Of a stretch of DNA of 64,000 bases, positions 1 through 9,679 are shown in pieces (position 1 is the stretch's first letter; each line of letters opens with the position of its first letter). The notes under the pieces are model-generated. The model searched no databases, was not told the DNA's origin, and saw only the letters and a list, made by a program, of their open reading frames with translations. This DNA is from Anaerolineae bacterium (GTDB lineage Bacteria; Chloroflexota; Anaerolineae; B4-G1; SLSP01): the NCBI GenBank assembly GCA_016931315.1, contig JAFGFB010000214.1, forward strand, positions 8,353 through 72,352, in the 5' to 3' direction. The position numbers and the translations under genes are program-made.

Positions 1-11
1 GGTACGGACGG

Positions 12-1889
12 ATGACTTTCCGGCTGGAAACCATGAATCCAGCCGTTGGCGAAGCTGAAACGCGCTCTGCGCTGCTCCTGGTCCAGGCGCTACGCAACAC
101 ACAGGTTGCGGGACGTCCAGCACTAGACGCGTGGGCTGACCTCTACGACCCTACAGCCTTCCTCGTTGGGCGCAGCGATGATCTCACGGCGTTGGATTAT
201 ATCCCCGTGATTGACGCGGTCTACGGCGAGAACCCGCCGCTCGTGACCCTGGCGGATGACGCACAATTGCAAAGCTTTATCGTCGCGGCTGACGCACTCC
301 CCTCCCCACGCATCCTTGGACTGGTCATCGCTGTCACCGATGATGAAACCCAGGCAACAAAGGGGTTGCGCTTTATGGGACAACGCTTTGTACCAGATGC
401 CTATATTTTCCGCCAACTCATCTACCGCAACGTCGGCACCGACACCGACCGGCGGGGGCTGCCCAAAGGTCTTGATGTTTTCGCTGCGATGGGCTCCGAA
501 CGCGCCTATGAGCTTCTTGACGCCATGGGGGAAACCCACTACGCGAATTATATCGGTCAAATGGAGAAGATGCGCACCTGGACCGGCAATCTGACGACCG
601 AGGACTGGGCTGAAACCGTCTACAACACCTGGCTCTACACCTTCTATCCCCTCCTCGAAAAGCCTGGCACAGGCACCCCCACCTTCATGCAATCCACCGC
701 CTGGCTCGATAAGCAGTTGCATACAAGCCTGGGTAGCTGGGCCGAACTCAAACACGATACCATCCTCTATGCGAAACAGACCTACGCCGAGCTGGGAGGC
801 GGCTGGATGCCCACCCCACCCGACCCACTGCCTGCGCGCGGCTATGTCGAACCGGTCCCAGAGTTCTATGCACGACTTGCCGCTCTGGCAGCGATGACCC
901 GTGATGGGCTTGCCTCCCGCAGCTTGCTGGGTGAACAGGATGCCGATAGCCTGACACACATCGAAGAACTCGCGCTAGCGCTCAAGCAAATGGCGGAACA
1001 GGAGCTCACCGGTGCTCCCCTCTCCGAGGAAGAACACGAGCGCATCCGCTATTACGGCGGCGAACTAGAGCATCTGGTCATGGCTTCCGCGGATCAGCCG
1101 GAAGATGCCCCAATGGGGACCCCCTATATGGAGGAAGAACCGCAAGCCGCCATCATCGCCGATGTCGCAACCGATCCCGACCCGCAAGGTCTTGGCATCC
1201 CTGAGCCGGTGGTGCTGGAAGTCGCAGTCGGGCGCATCAACGAACTGCATGTCGTTGTCCCGCTGATCGAGGAAGATGGCAGCATCCGCCTGCAAGTCGC
1301 CAAGGGCGGTATCTTCTCCTATTACGAATTCCCCTGGCCCGCATCCGATCGCCTCACCGATGAGAAATGGCAAACAATGCTGGATACCGGGGCAGCACCG
1401 GAACCGCCCGAATGGATCAGCAGTTTCTTCACCTCGGAAGGTGAATACCACGACCTCCAGAGCGCGCTGTATAACTTCCAACGCGCCTTGGTCAGCACCA
1501 TGTTCTACCTGGATACAGAATATCTTACATCAGAGTATCAACAGCTGGCACGTGGAGCGGCACTGGACGCTATCACTGCTGAGGTCAATGCGCTACAGGC
1601 TCAGAAGCGCTTCGAGGGGCGGCAATGGGTAGACACGGATTACCGCTCTTTTGACCGGCAATCCGCCAATCTGGCGGTCGTAACCGTGCGCGAGACCTGG
1701 CAAGACACCCTCTACGCCTACAATGGTGCGCAGCATCCCGCAGAAACGGGCGACGAAGGCGACATGCTGAAAACCGGAGAACGTGGTCCCTATACCTTGG
1801 ATATCACCTACACGCTCGAACGGGGCACAGATGGCAGATGGGTTGTGACCCGCATCGCGATGACAGACCAGCGTCCCTCGTGGCAATAG
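12..1889 (+). CDS. DUF3160-like protein; the frame is open to the window edge, so the N-terminus may lie upstream
   Basis: 625-aa ORF. The motif pattern RFMGQRFVPDAYIF ... SWAELKHDTILYAKQ is recalled from the DUF3160 family. The next gene starts 12 nt downstream. Confidence 0.5.
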   Translation: MTFRLETMNPAVGEAETRSALLLVQALRNTQVAGRPALDAWADLYDPTAFLVGRSDDLTALDYIPVIDAVYGENPPLVTLADDAQLQSFIVAADALPSPRILGLVIAVTDDETQATKGLRFMGQRFVPDAYIFRQLIYRNVGTDTDRRGLPKGLDVFAAMGSERAYELLDAMGETHYANYIGQMEKMRTWTGNLTTEDWAETVYNTWLYTFYPLLEKPGTGTPTFMQSTAWLDKQLHTSLGSWAELKHDTILYAKQTYAELGGGWMPTPPDPLPARGYVEPVPEFYARLAALAAMTRDGLASRSLLGEQDADSLTHIEELALALKQMAEQELTGAPLSEEEHERIRYYGGELEHLVMASADQPEDAPMGTPYMEEEPQAAIIADVATDPDPQGLGIPEPVVLEVAVGRINELHVVVPLIEEDGSIRLQVAKGGIFSYYEFPWPASDRLTDEKWQTMLDTGAAPEPPEWISSFFTSEGEYHDLQSALYNFQRALVSTMFYLDTEYLTSEYQQLARGAALDAITAEVNALQAQKRFEGRQWVDTDYRSFDRQSANLAVVTVRETWQDTLYAYNGAQHPAETGDEGDMLKTGERGPYTLDITYTLERGTDGRWVVTRIAMTDQRPSWQ

Positions 1890-1901
1890 AACGAGACGGC
1901 G

Positions 1902-2585
1902 ATGACATTGCGCCATCAACGCGGCGGCATAGCGACTCTGGCGCTGGTGGCTATGCTAACAACAATCTGGTTGATCCACCTGCCGTCCCAAGAACGGCAG
2001 GTGGGTTTCACCTGCAACCCACAGTCATGCCACCAAACCGCTGTGCCGCAAGAAAACCCAGGCACTCCCTTCATGAAAGGCGCCATTGACCTCACCGGCG
2101 ATGGCGAACCAGAGATGATTCAACTCGAAGGGCATGAGATTCGTGTCTTACAAAATGGCGCAGAAATCTGGCATAGCGACCCAGAGTGGCAGGTAGTGGA
2201 TGTCGCGCTGGGCGACCCCAACGATAATGGACGCTATGAAATCCTTGCGGCACTCTGGAAGCCAAACGACGCGGGCGAACGCCTCAATCACCCGTACATC
2301 ATCGCCCATCGCGGCGGAACGATGAAACTTATTTGGGGAGGTTCAGCGGTTACGCATCCCATCCACGAGCTGCTGTTGGCGGACGTAGATGGCGATGGCG
2401 TCCAGGAGCTATGTGTACTGGAATCAGCCCAACCAGGCGATAGCTCCAACACATCTCAACGCACGCTCTCGGTGTGGGACTGGCATGGTTGGGGCTTCAG
2501 CCTGCGCTGGCGCAGCGAACCGGGGCATTACCACAACCTCGGGGTAACGGAGGAAAACACCATCGTCATCACCTCGAGAGAATGA
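1902..2585 (+). CDS. membrane-anchored FG-GAP/VCBS-like repeat protein
   Basis: ATG at 1902. N-terminal hydrophobic anchor (LALVAMLTTIWLI). Two DxDGDG-type loops (DLTGDGEPE, DVDGDGVQE) typical of FG-GAP/VCBS repeats. Confidence 0.5.
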   Translation: MTLRHQRGGIATLALVAMLTTIWLIHLPSQERQVGFTCNPQSCHQTAVPQENPGTPFMKGAIDLTGDGEPEMIQLEGHEIRVLQNGAEIWHSDPEWQVVDVALGDPNDNGRYEILAALWKPNDAGERLNHPYIIAHRGGTMKLIWGGSAVTHPIHELLLADVDGDGVQELCVLESAQPGDSSNTSQRTLSVWDWHGWGFSLRWRSEPGHYHNLGVTEENTIVITSRE

Positions 2586-2596
2586 AACGAGCTCGT

Positions 2597-3022
2597 TCAA
2601 TGGCGGCGACGGAGAGCAGCGTTATCCACCACCATGAACTCACGGCGACGGCGCACCTCTACCGGATCCAGGGTTGCCAACAGATTGAGCAAAGTGTCCA
2701 GGTCAAAGGGTTTGACCATGTAGATATCGCAATCGGAAGCCTGCGCGCGCTTGAGCGTGGTATCATCATCCTCAACCGTGGCAATGATGATGACGACATT
2801 TGAATCCCGTTCCCGAATTTGACGGGCCACTTCCAGTCCGCTCATATCCGGAAGGTTCACGTCCAGTAACGCAATCGCATAGCTCTTCTGATTGGCTAGA
2901 GCCAGAGCTTGCCTGCCGGTGCTGGCACAATCCCCCCAAAAACCACGGGTACGAATGGCAACATCAAGCAATACCCGATTACCTTCATCATCATCAAGAA
3001 TCAATATACGTCGAGGTGACAT
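2597..3022 (-). CDS. stand-alone response-regulator receiver (CheY-like, no output domain)
   Basis: Receiver motifs ILILDDD, ALLDVNLPDMSG and MVKPF. ATG at 3022 with AGGAGA about 10 nt upstream. The ORF-track start at 3052 is a TTG extension. Confidence 0.85.
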   Translation of the reverse strand: MSPRRILILDDDEGNRVLLDVAIRTRGFWGDCASTGRQALALANQKSYAIALLDVNLPDMSGLEVARQIRERDSNVVIIIATVEDDDTTLKRAQASDCDIYMVKPFDLDTLLNLLATLDPVEVRRRREFMVVDNAALRRRH

Positions 3023-3036
3023 CAGAGCAGATTCTC

Positions 3037-3444
3037 CTAGCGGGTTTCCCAAACACGCTCGCCATTGAGTAAACGTGCAATTTGTGTCGAAAAGCGATCA
3101 AAGTTGAAGGGCTTTCCAAGAAAGCCATCAAAACCCAAGGCGGCAGCATGGTCTACATCCTTTGACATCACATTAGCCGAAGCTGCTACAATCCGCGTAC
3201 CGCTGAATTGAGGTTGCTCACGCAACCATGCATAAACAGAAAACCCATCCTCACCCGGCATCTGCAAATCCAACAGCACGAGATCAATCTTGGGCCATTT
3301 CCGCACTGCGTCCCGCACCTCTTCACCACTTCCGCAACATACAATCTCACCGACGCCAGCAATCAAGAGCAACTTGCGCACCAATGCGGAGTTCAACAAA
3401 TCATCCTCAACCACCAACACAACAGCAGATTCCAGGTCAGGCAT
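3037..3444 (-). CDS. stand-alone response-regulator receiver
   Basis: Motifs VLVVEDD, LVLLDLQMPGEDG and LGKPF. The ATG at 3444 overlaps the kinase stop by 8 nt (ATGCCTGA). The longer ORF-track N-terminus is Cys/Arg-rich and unlikely to be real. Confidence 0.85.
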   Translation of the reverse strand: MPDLESAVVLVVEDDLLNSALVRKLLLIAGVGEIVCCGSGEEVRDAVRKWPKIDLVLLDLQMPGEDGFSVYAWLREQPQFSGTRIVAASANVMSKDVDHAAALGFDGFLGKPFNFDRFSTQIARLLNGERVWETR

Positions 3445-4879
3445 AGTTTCCCTCTGAGGAGTCTGGCATGCTGGCGTCAGCAACAGGAAGGGTAAAGAAG
3501 AACTGCGTTCCAACGCCCAACTGGCTCTCGAGCCACATACGCCCCCCTTGCATCTCAATCAACCGCTTGCTCAACGGAATGCCCAGGCCTGTACCCTCAA
3601 CATGGTGTGCATTCCCCACCTGTTGGTATTCCGCAAAAACCTTATCAAAATCATCCTCAGCAATCCCGATTCCCGTGTCCTGGATAGAAATGCAAACTTC
3701 GGAGGCGTTCTGACAATGCGCATGTAGAGTAATGCTCCCCTCATCGGTAAACTTTGCCGCATTACCAAGCAAATTGAGCAATACCTGACGCACGCGCTTA
3801 GGATCCGCCCAAACCAACGGCAAATCCTCCTCAATATCTTGCTCCAGAGCCAAACCCTTATCACGGCTCAGCCCCACAGCCGTAGACATCACTCCTTTGA
3901 ACACCCCGGTCAAGACAAGCGCCTCAGGATGAATTTCCAGCTTGCCCGCTTCAACTTTGGCAAGATCCAAGATATCATTGATTAGTCCCAGAAGGTGCTC
4001 ACCGCTCAAACGGACATACTCGAGATAAGTGCGCTGTTCCTCAACCACTTCACCCGCGTATCCATCACCGACGATGCGGGTAAAATTGATGATGGCATTG
4101 AGCGGTGAACGCAACTCGTGGCTCATATTCGCCACAAACTGAGTTTTGAGGCGATTTGCCTCATCAGCCACCTGACGCGCCTCTTCCAGCGAAACATTCG
4201 TCGCCTGCAGCTGCTCATTGAGCCAATCCCGCGCCGCAAGCGCCTTGCGCAGCTCCTCACGGTTACGCCAAAGTTCCTCAGCACGCTCCTGAGAGCGCCG
4301 ATAGCTTTCCATCGCCCAAGCCATTGAATCGTAAAGACTACCCGAGGTCAGCTTGGCAATTGCCGCTGCGATAGCTACCAGAAACAGCGCGCCAATATCA
4401 TAATTGGAATCACGGACAATGAGGGCATAGCCCAGAATCCATATACCTCCAGCTATGGTAAGCCCAAGGGCTTGCAGGGGGGGCAGTAACAAACCCGCAA
4501 GAGAGGCAACCAACACCATCACAAAGGGGGCAATGACACGCATAGCCTGCGCACCCAAGAGCATCGCCATGACGATGGCGACAATGAAAGACACCACAAA
4601 GGTCAATGCCGCCCGGTCATAATCCTGCCTATCATCTAACAGCTTTTGCGTGATACGCGCCCCCAGAACTATGGACAGCAGGGGAACCAAACTATACAAA
4701 CGTTCAATCAGGCCGTAAGAAGCATCGGAAGCTACCGACAGAGCGAACGCAACCAATGCCATCACCGGTGCGCCCAACAGGGTAGCTCGCGTCATCACCC
4801 TCAACTGATGAACGCGCTCCTCGCGAATATCGGGGCGTTTTTCTGGCGATAGAGCGCCAGGAGCTGATAACATCGTCAT
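3437..4879 (-). CDS. multi-pass membrane sensor histidine kinase (HisKA + HATPase_c)
   Basis: H-box FVANMSHELRSPLNAI. N, G1 and G2 boxes (NLLGNAAKF, DTGIGI, GTGLGIPLS). About 6 predicted TM helices N-terminally. The start is uncertain: TTG at 4927, ATG at 4879 or 4873. Confidence 0.9.
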   Translation of the reverse strand: MTMLSAPGALSPEKRPDIREERVHQLRVMTRATLLGAPVMALVAFALSVASDASYGLIERLYSLVPLLSIVLGARITQKLLDDRQDYDRAALTFVVSFIVAIVMAMLLGAQAMRVIAPFVMVLVASLAGLLLPPLQALGLTIAGGIWILGYALIVRDSNYDIGALFLVAIAAAIAKLTSGSLYDSMAWAMESYRRSQERAEELWRNREELRKALAARDWLNEQLQATNVSLEEARQVADEANRLKTQFVANMSHELRSPLNAIINFTRIVGDGYAGEVVEEQRTYLEYVRLSGEHLLGLINDILDLAKVEAGKLEIHPEALVLTGVFKGVMSTAVGLSRDKGLALEQDIEEDLPLVWADPKRVRQVLLNLLGNAAKFTDEGSITLHAHCQNASEVCISIQDTGIGIAEDDFDKVFAEYQQVGNAHHVEGTGLGIPLSKRLIEMQGGRMWLESQLGVGTQFFFTLPVADASMPDSSEGNYA

Positions 4880-5060
4880 AACCGACAAACGTTCGTATAA
4901 GAAATGATCACAACAATCATACCGCAATTATACAAAAGGAACAAAGAAAGGCAAGCGCATAACTGTTCAGACTTCCGTCGTGGGGCGTAAATTTCGGGCT
5001 TTAGCCGCTCTTGGTTGTGACAAGTGAGATAACACTGAACAGTTACGCAAGCGCAAAAAC

Positions 5061-5200
5061 AGGGCATAGGACAGATTATTGGGAAAAATCAAAAGTAGGC
5101 AAATACCTTCTCTTTGATTGATTTTTGGCGCTGGGGCTTTGCCCCAGCGCCAAAAATCAATTTTCTTCGAGATTTTCACCCCCGTTTTGAAACGCCCCCC
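5061..5200 (-). repeat. dispersed intergenic repeat, copy A (reverse orientation), with a perfect 20-bp stem hairpin at 5118-5160
   Basis: The reverse complement aligns with 17136-17262 and 56490-56653. Shared head GGGGGYGCGTTTCAAAACGGGGG, a GATTTTT...AAAAATC hairpin, and tail TTTTCCCAAWAATCTRTYCTATGCCC. Confidence 0.8.
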
Positions 5201-5216
5201 AATGATGTTACAACTT

Positions 5217-5244
5217 TTGGGAAGTAGCCGCTTTAGGATATAAT
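5217..5244 (+). promoter_or_regulatory. candidate sigma70-type promoter (TTGGGA-N16-TATAAT) giving a leaderless helicase-operon mRNA
   Basis: The consensus TATAAT at 5239-5244 ends 7 nt before the ATG at 5252. There is no Shine-Dalgarno sequence in between. Confidence 0.35.
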
Positions 5245-5251
5245 AGGCGCT

Positions 5252-7372
5252 ATGGAATTCTCGACTGTCCAACAAGGGCTGATCCAGGCGCCACTCGACC
5301 GAAAAATCTTCGTTAGCGGCCCCGCAGGCGCCGGCAAGACCACAGCGGGAGTGGGTCGGCTACAATGGCTACTCGCTAACCGTGTGCCGGCTCAGAGCAT
5401 CCTCGTGCTCACCCCGCAGCGGACGCTGGCTTTTCCCTACGACACGGCCCGCCACATGCCGCAATTGCGACCGGGCGGCACAGTAAATCTCGCTACCATA
5501 GGCGCCCTGGCACGACGAATGGCAGACCTGTTCTGGCCCCTCGCTGCCGAAGAAGCCGGATTCACCCATCCAGATACCCGCCCTATTTTCCTCACCCTGG
5601 AAACAGCTCAATACTTCATGGCCCGAATCGTCGGTCCGCTGGTGGAAGAGCAAGGCTACTTTGAATCCATCGCGATTGACCGCAATCGCCTCTATAGCCA
5701 GATCATTGATAATCTCAACAAAGCCGCCGTAGTGGGTTTCGCCATCACCGATATTGCGCCACGCCTCAAATCTGCATGGGTAGGAGAGAAAGCGCAACTT
5801 CGCATCTATGACGAAGCACAAGACTGCGCCATCCGTTTCCGGCACTATTGCCTCGAACATAATCTACTCGATTTCTCCCTGCAGCTGGAAATCTTCGTCA
5901 AACATCTGTGGACCGAGCCGTTATGCCGCAATTATCTGCTGGAACAATACCCCAACCTCATCGTGGACAATCTTGAAGAGGACACCCCTGTCGCCCACGA
6001 AATCCTGCAGGATTGGCTGCCACACACCACCTCGGCGCTGTTGATCTACGACGAGGGCGGAGGGCATCGCTCTTTCCTTGGGGCTGATCCGGTAAGCGCA
6101 GCCACATTAGCGTCACTCTGTGATGAACGGTTGCATTTCAGCGCTTCCTTTGTCGTCACAGAACCCATCAATGCCCTGGCCAAGGCACTCGAGAAAGCAA
6201 TCTCCCCACAGAAGGCGACCGAAGGCCAGGGAAGAGAAAAGGCTGCCGTAACACAAGGCTCAAGCCTACGAAGCGCTTTGCACTACGACCTGCATCGCTT
6301 TCATCCAGAGATGCTAGACTGGGCTGCGGACACCATTGCCGAATTAGTACACCATAAAGGCGTGCCTCCGGCAGAAATCGCCGTGCTCTCGCCCTTTCTC
6401 TCAGATGCATTACGTTTCGCGATGTCCAACCGCCTGGAACAGCGCGACATCGCCGTGCGCTCACAACGGCCTTCACGCGCTTTGCGCGAAGAACCTGCCG
6501 CACAGGCGTTGCTTACGCTGGCAGCATTGGCGCACCCCGAGTGGGGTAGTTGCCCCTCACGCCATGATGTGGCAACTACCCTCACCTGCGTCATCGAAGC
6601 GCTAGACCTGGTTCGTGCCCAGCTGCTCACAGATATTCTCTATCGCACCAAAGGCAGTTGTCCCCGTCTGGAGCCTTTCGCCGGGCTAAAAACTGAGGTG
6701 CAACAGCGAATTACCTACCTGTTGGGGGGACGGTATGAGGCGCTGCGTTTGTGGTTGGAGCATTACAACGAGGCGCCCTCCACAGAACTGGATCATTGCC
6801 TGAGCCGATTGTTCGGCGAGATTCTCTCACAACCGGGTTATCGCTTTCACCAAGACTATCATGCAGCGCGAGTGGCTGCCAATCTTATCGAATCAGTGCA
6901 AAAATTCCGGTGGATTGCCGGTGCTCTGCCAGGGGAAAAACCGCCAGCACAAGAATACGTCGAGCTGGTGCGTGATGGTGTCATGGCGGCACAATACATT
7001 CGAGATTGGGAGGCAGACCAGGCAGATGCTGTGTTGCTGGCGCCGGCTTTTACCTTCCTGATGAGCAACCGCCCCGTAGAAGTACAATTCTGGCTCAACG
7101 TGGGCAGCGCCGGTTGGTGGGAACGCCTCTACCAACCCCTGACACACCCCCATGTCCTGAGTCGTCACTGGCAGGCAGGTAGACTGTGGCTGGATTCGGA
7201 TGAGGTCGCGGCGCGCCAGGAAACGCTGGACCGCCTCACCCAAGGATTGTTGCGCCGCTGTCGCCATGCCCTGTATTTGGGCCTCAGCGAGCTGGGCGAA
7301 GATGGCTACGAACAACAAGGCGCACTGCTGATGGCCATTCAGCGCGTATTGCGTGAGAACCACGGAACATAG
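5252..7372 (+). CDS. AddB/UvrD-like P-loop helicase-related subunit (degenerate motifs, no nuclease domain)
   Basis: Walker A SGPAGAGKTT near the N-terminus and a DNLEED Walker-B-like motif. 706 aa. Its stop overlaps the start of the next helicase gene (TAGTG). Confidence 0.55.
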   Translation: MEFSTVQQGLIQAPLDRKIFVSGPAGAGKTTAGVGRLQWLLANRVPAQSILVLTPQRTLAFPYDTARHMPQLRPGGTVNLATIGALARRMADLFWPLAAEEAGFTHPDTRPIFLTLETAQYFMARIVGPLVEEQGYFESIAIDRNRLYSQIIDNLNKAAVVGFAITDIAPRLKSAWVGEKAQLRIYDEAQDCAIRFRHYCLEHNLLDFSLQLEIFVKHLWTEPLCRNYLLEQYPNLIVDNLEEDTPVAHEILQDWLPHTTSALLIYDEGGGHRSFLGADPVSAATLASLCDERLHFSASFVVTEPINALAKALEKAISPQKATEGQGREKAAVTQGSSLRSALHYDLHRFHPEMLDWAADTIAELVHHKGVPPAEIAVLSPFLSDALRFAMSNRLEQRDIAVRSQRPSRALREEPAAQALLTLAALAHPEWGSCPSRHDVATTLTCVIEALDLVRAQLLTDILYRTKGSCPRLEPFAGLKTEVQQRITYLLGGRYEALRLWLEHYNEAPSTELDHCLSRLFGEILSQPGYRFHQDYHAARVAANLIESVQKFRWIAGALPGEKPPAQEYVELVRDGVMAAQYIRDWEADQADAVLLAPAFTFLMSNRPVEVQFWLNVGSAGWWERLYQPLTHPHVLSRHWQAGRLWLDSDEVAARQETLDRLTQGLLRRCRHALYLGLSELGEDGYEQQGALLMAIQRVLRENHGT

Positions 7373-9660
7373 TGCAAATGGAATTCCAGCCCCGATCAGC
7401 ACAAAAAGCCGTACTTGCCTATAGAGGCGGGAAAATTGGCGTTGCCGCGGTGCCAGGTAGCGGCAAGACATGGACACTTTCACGTCTGGCTGCCGACCTG
7501 ATTGCCGAAGGCTATGTGGGCGATGACCAGGAAATACTTGTCGTTACGCTGGTAAATTCCGCAGTCTCCAACTTCGCTTCACGAGTGGGGAGTTTTGTCC
7601 AGGAAGCGGGCCTGCTGCCCAATTTGGGCTATCGCGTTCGAACCCTCCACGGTTTATGCCACGATATTGTCCGTGAACGCCCCGCGCTTGCAGGGCTGGC
7701 GAATGATTTCCAAATCATTGATGAGCGTGAAGCAGAAGAAGTCCTGCGCGATGCTGCTGAAGCCTGGCTACGAGCGCACCCTCAAGCGTTGGATGATTAC
7801 CTGCTGCCAGATATGGATGAATCCAAGGCCGGCTGGATACGCCGCGAGCAGCTTCCTCCAATGGTCGTGAGTCTGGCGACGAGTTTTATCAAAAAAGCCA
7901 AGGACCTGCAGTTCACGCCTGCGGAATTGCGGTATTATCTGGACCACTTCGATATGTCGTTACCCCTGGTAGAGATGGGGGCGGAAATCTATACAGATTA
8001 TCAGCGCGCACTGAGCTATCGCGGCAAAGTTGACTTCGACGATCTCATCCGCCTGGCGCTGCAAGCCCTGCAGCTCGACCCCGAATTTTTACTGCGATTA
8101 CGGCGGCGCTGGCCCTTTATCCTCGAGGATGAGGCCCAAGACAGCAGCCGCCTGCAAGAAAGCATTCTGCGCTTATTGTGTGGGGCAGAAGGGAATTGGG
8201 TACGCGTTGGAGACCCCAATCAAGCCATCTATGAAACCTTCACGACTGCAAACCCGCGTTATCTGCATGATTTTATAGAAGAGAAAGATGTTACCGGTAT
8301 GAATCTGCCGGACTCTGGACGCTCGACACGAAGCATCATTGACCTGGCAAACCAGCTCAGTGATTGGACGCAAACCTCCCATCCCGTTACGCGTGTGCGC
8401 GGCGCGCTCTCGTTACCCAAAATCAGAGCAGTGCCTGCCAACGACCCACAGCCTAACCCACAGGACGCGCCTGAGCGGATACTCCTCAGCCTGAAGCGTT
8501 TTACACCGCAAGAAGAGATAGAAGCCGTGATTACATCGGTCTCGCGCTGGGTTGCAACACAAGCCGAATGTACTGATGTGAGTGAGCGCGAAACTTGCGC
8601 CATCCTCGTGCCCCGCAATCAACGTGGCTTTGAAATCGTAGAAGCCCTCAAACAACAAGAGATTCCGTATATTGAATTACTCCGAAGCACCCGCTCCACG
8701 CGCGAGACCGCCGGCGCGCTGGGCAATATCATCGCCTATCTCGCAGACCCAACATCAACCACAAAACTCGCGACCACGTACCGGGTATGGCGACGTCAGG
8801 ACCGGCAAAATGGGGAACTTAAGGCACAACTCGAGTGGGTCAACCGTCAACTACATAAATGCCGGCAGGTGGAGGATTTCCTATGGCCCCGTGCCGGGCG
8901 TGATTGGCTCGAGACACTCGATCTGGAAACAGAACACCCCCAGATACATACACAGCTATTGGAATTCCGTGCCCAAGTGCAACGCTGGCAAGCTGCCGCC
9001 AACCTTCCCATTGACCAACTCATCCTTACCCTGGCGCAAGACCTGTGCACTGAGCCTGCGGACCTGGCAATTGCGCACAAATTGGCGCTGGTCGTCCGCC
9101 GCGCCGCCAATCAACATCCCGAGTGGCGTCTACCTGAGCTCACGCAGGAGCTTGCCGTCATCGCCAGAAATGAGCGGAAATTCCTCGGGCTGAGCGAAGA
9201 TGATACGGGCTTCGAACCACAGAAATATCGCGGGCAAGTGGTCGTCTCCACCGTCCACAAAGCCAAAGGTCTGGAATGGGATCGCGTCTATCTGATGTCG
9301 GTAAGTACGTACGACTATCCTTCGGCGCTGGCAGGCGATAGTTTCATATCCGAGAAATGGTATGTCCGGGACAAACTCAACCTGGAAGCAGAAGCATTGG
9401 CACAATTGCAAGCCTTACGCGATGATCCGACGCTCTTCTTCTACGATGAGGGGCAGCCCACCCAAGGGGCGCGCTATGACTACGCGGCAGAACGCGTGCG
9501 CCTCTTTTACGTCGGCATCACGCGGGCGAAAAAGGCGCTTGTGGTGACCTGGAACACCGGAAAACGAGGGGACCAACATCCGGCGGCGCCCCTGATTGCG
9601 TTAGAAACATGGTGGCAAGAACATCTTCAAAGCCAGGAAGCCACGTCGCTGGACGCATGA
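7372..9660 (+). CDS. UvrD/Rep/AddA-family SF1 DNA helicase
   Basis: AVPGSGKT (motif I), ILEDEAQD (motif II), VSTVHKAKGLEWDRVYL (motif V) and YVGITRAKKALVV (motif VI). GTG at 7372, or ATG at 7378. Confidence 0.9.
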   Translation: MQMEFQPRSAQKAVLAYRGGKIGVAAVPGSGKTWTLSRLAADLIAEGYVGDDQEILVVTLVNSAVSNFASRVGSFVQEAGLLPNLGYRVRTLHGLCHDIVRERPALAGLANDFQIIDEREAEEVLRDAAEAWLRAHPQALDDYLLPDMDESKAGWIRREQLPPMVVSLATSFIKKAKDLQFTPAELRYYLDHFDMSLPLVEMGAEIYTDYQRALSYRGKVDFDDLIRLALQALQLDPEFLLRLRRRWPFILEDEAQDSSRLQESILRLLCGAEGNWVRVGDPNQAIYETFTTANPRYLHDFIEEKDVTGMNLPDSGRSTRSIIDLANQLSDWTQTSHPVTRVRGALSLPKIRAVPANDPQPNPQDAPERILLSLKRFTPQEEIEAVITSVSRWVATQAECTDVSERETCAILVPRNQRGFEIVEALKQQEIPYIELLRSTRSTRETAGALGNIIAYLADPTSTTKLATTYRVWRRQDRQNGELKAQLEWVNRQLHKCRQVEDFLWPRAGRDWLETLDLETEHPQIHTQLLEFRAQVQRWQAAANLPIDQLILTLAQDLCTEPADLAIAHKLALVVRRAANQHPEWRLPELTQELAVIARNERKFLGLSEDDTGFEPQKYRGQVVVSTVHKAKGLEWDRVYLMSVSTYDYPSALAGDSFISEKWYVRDKLNLEAEALAQLQALRDDPTLFFYDEGQPTQGARYDYAAERVRLFYVGITRAKKALVVTWNTGKRGDQHPAAPLIALETWWQEHLQSQEATSLDA

Positions 9661-9679
9661 TAAGCTATGAGGAGTTAGT

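Noticed and set aside
123-959. 278-aa ORF on the minus strand, antisense to the DUF3160-like gene. Similar long antisense ORFs occur at 6893-7483, 14050-14820, 24897-25649, 47482-48096 and 52841-53491.
   Set aside because: These lie entirely inside longer ORFs that have clear domain motifs. Their translations are Arg/Gly/Cys/His-rich low-complexity with no recognisable motifs and no SD. They are the shadow frames typical of GC-rich coding DNA.
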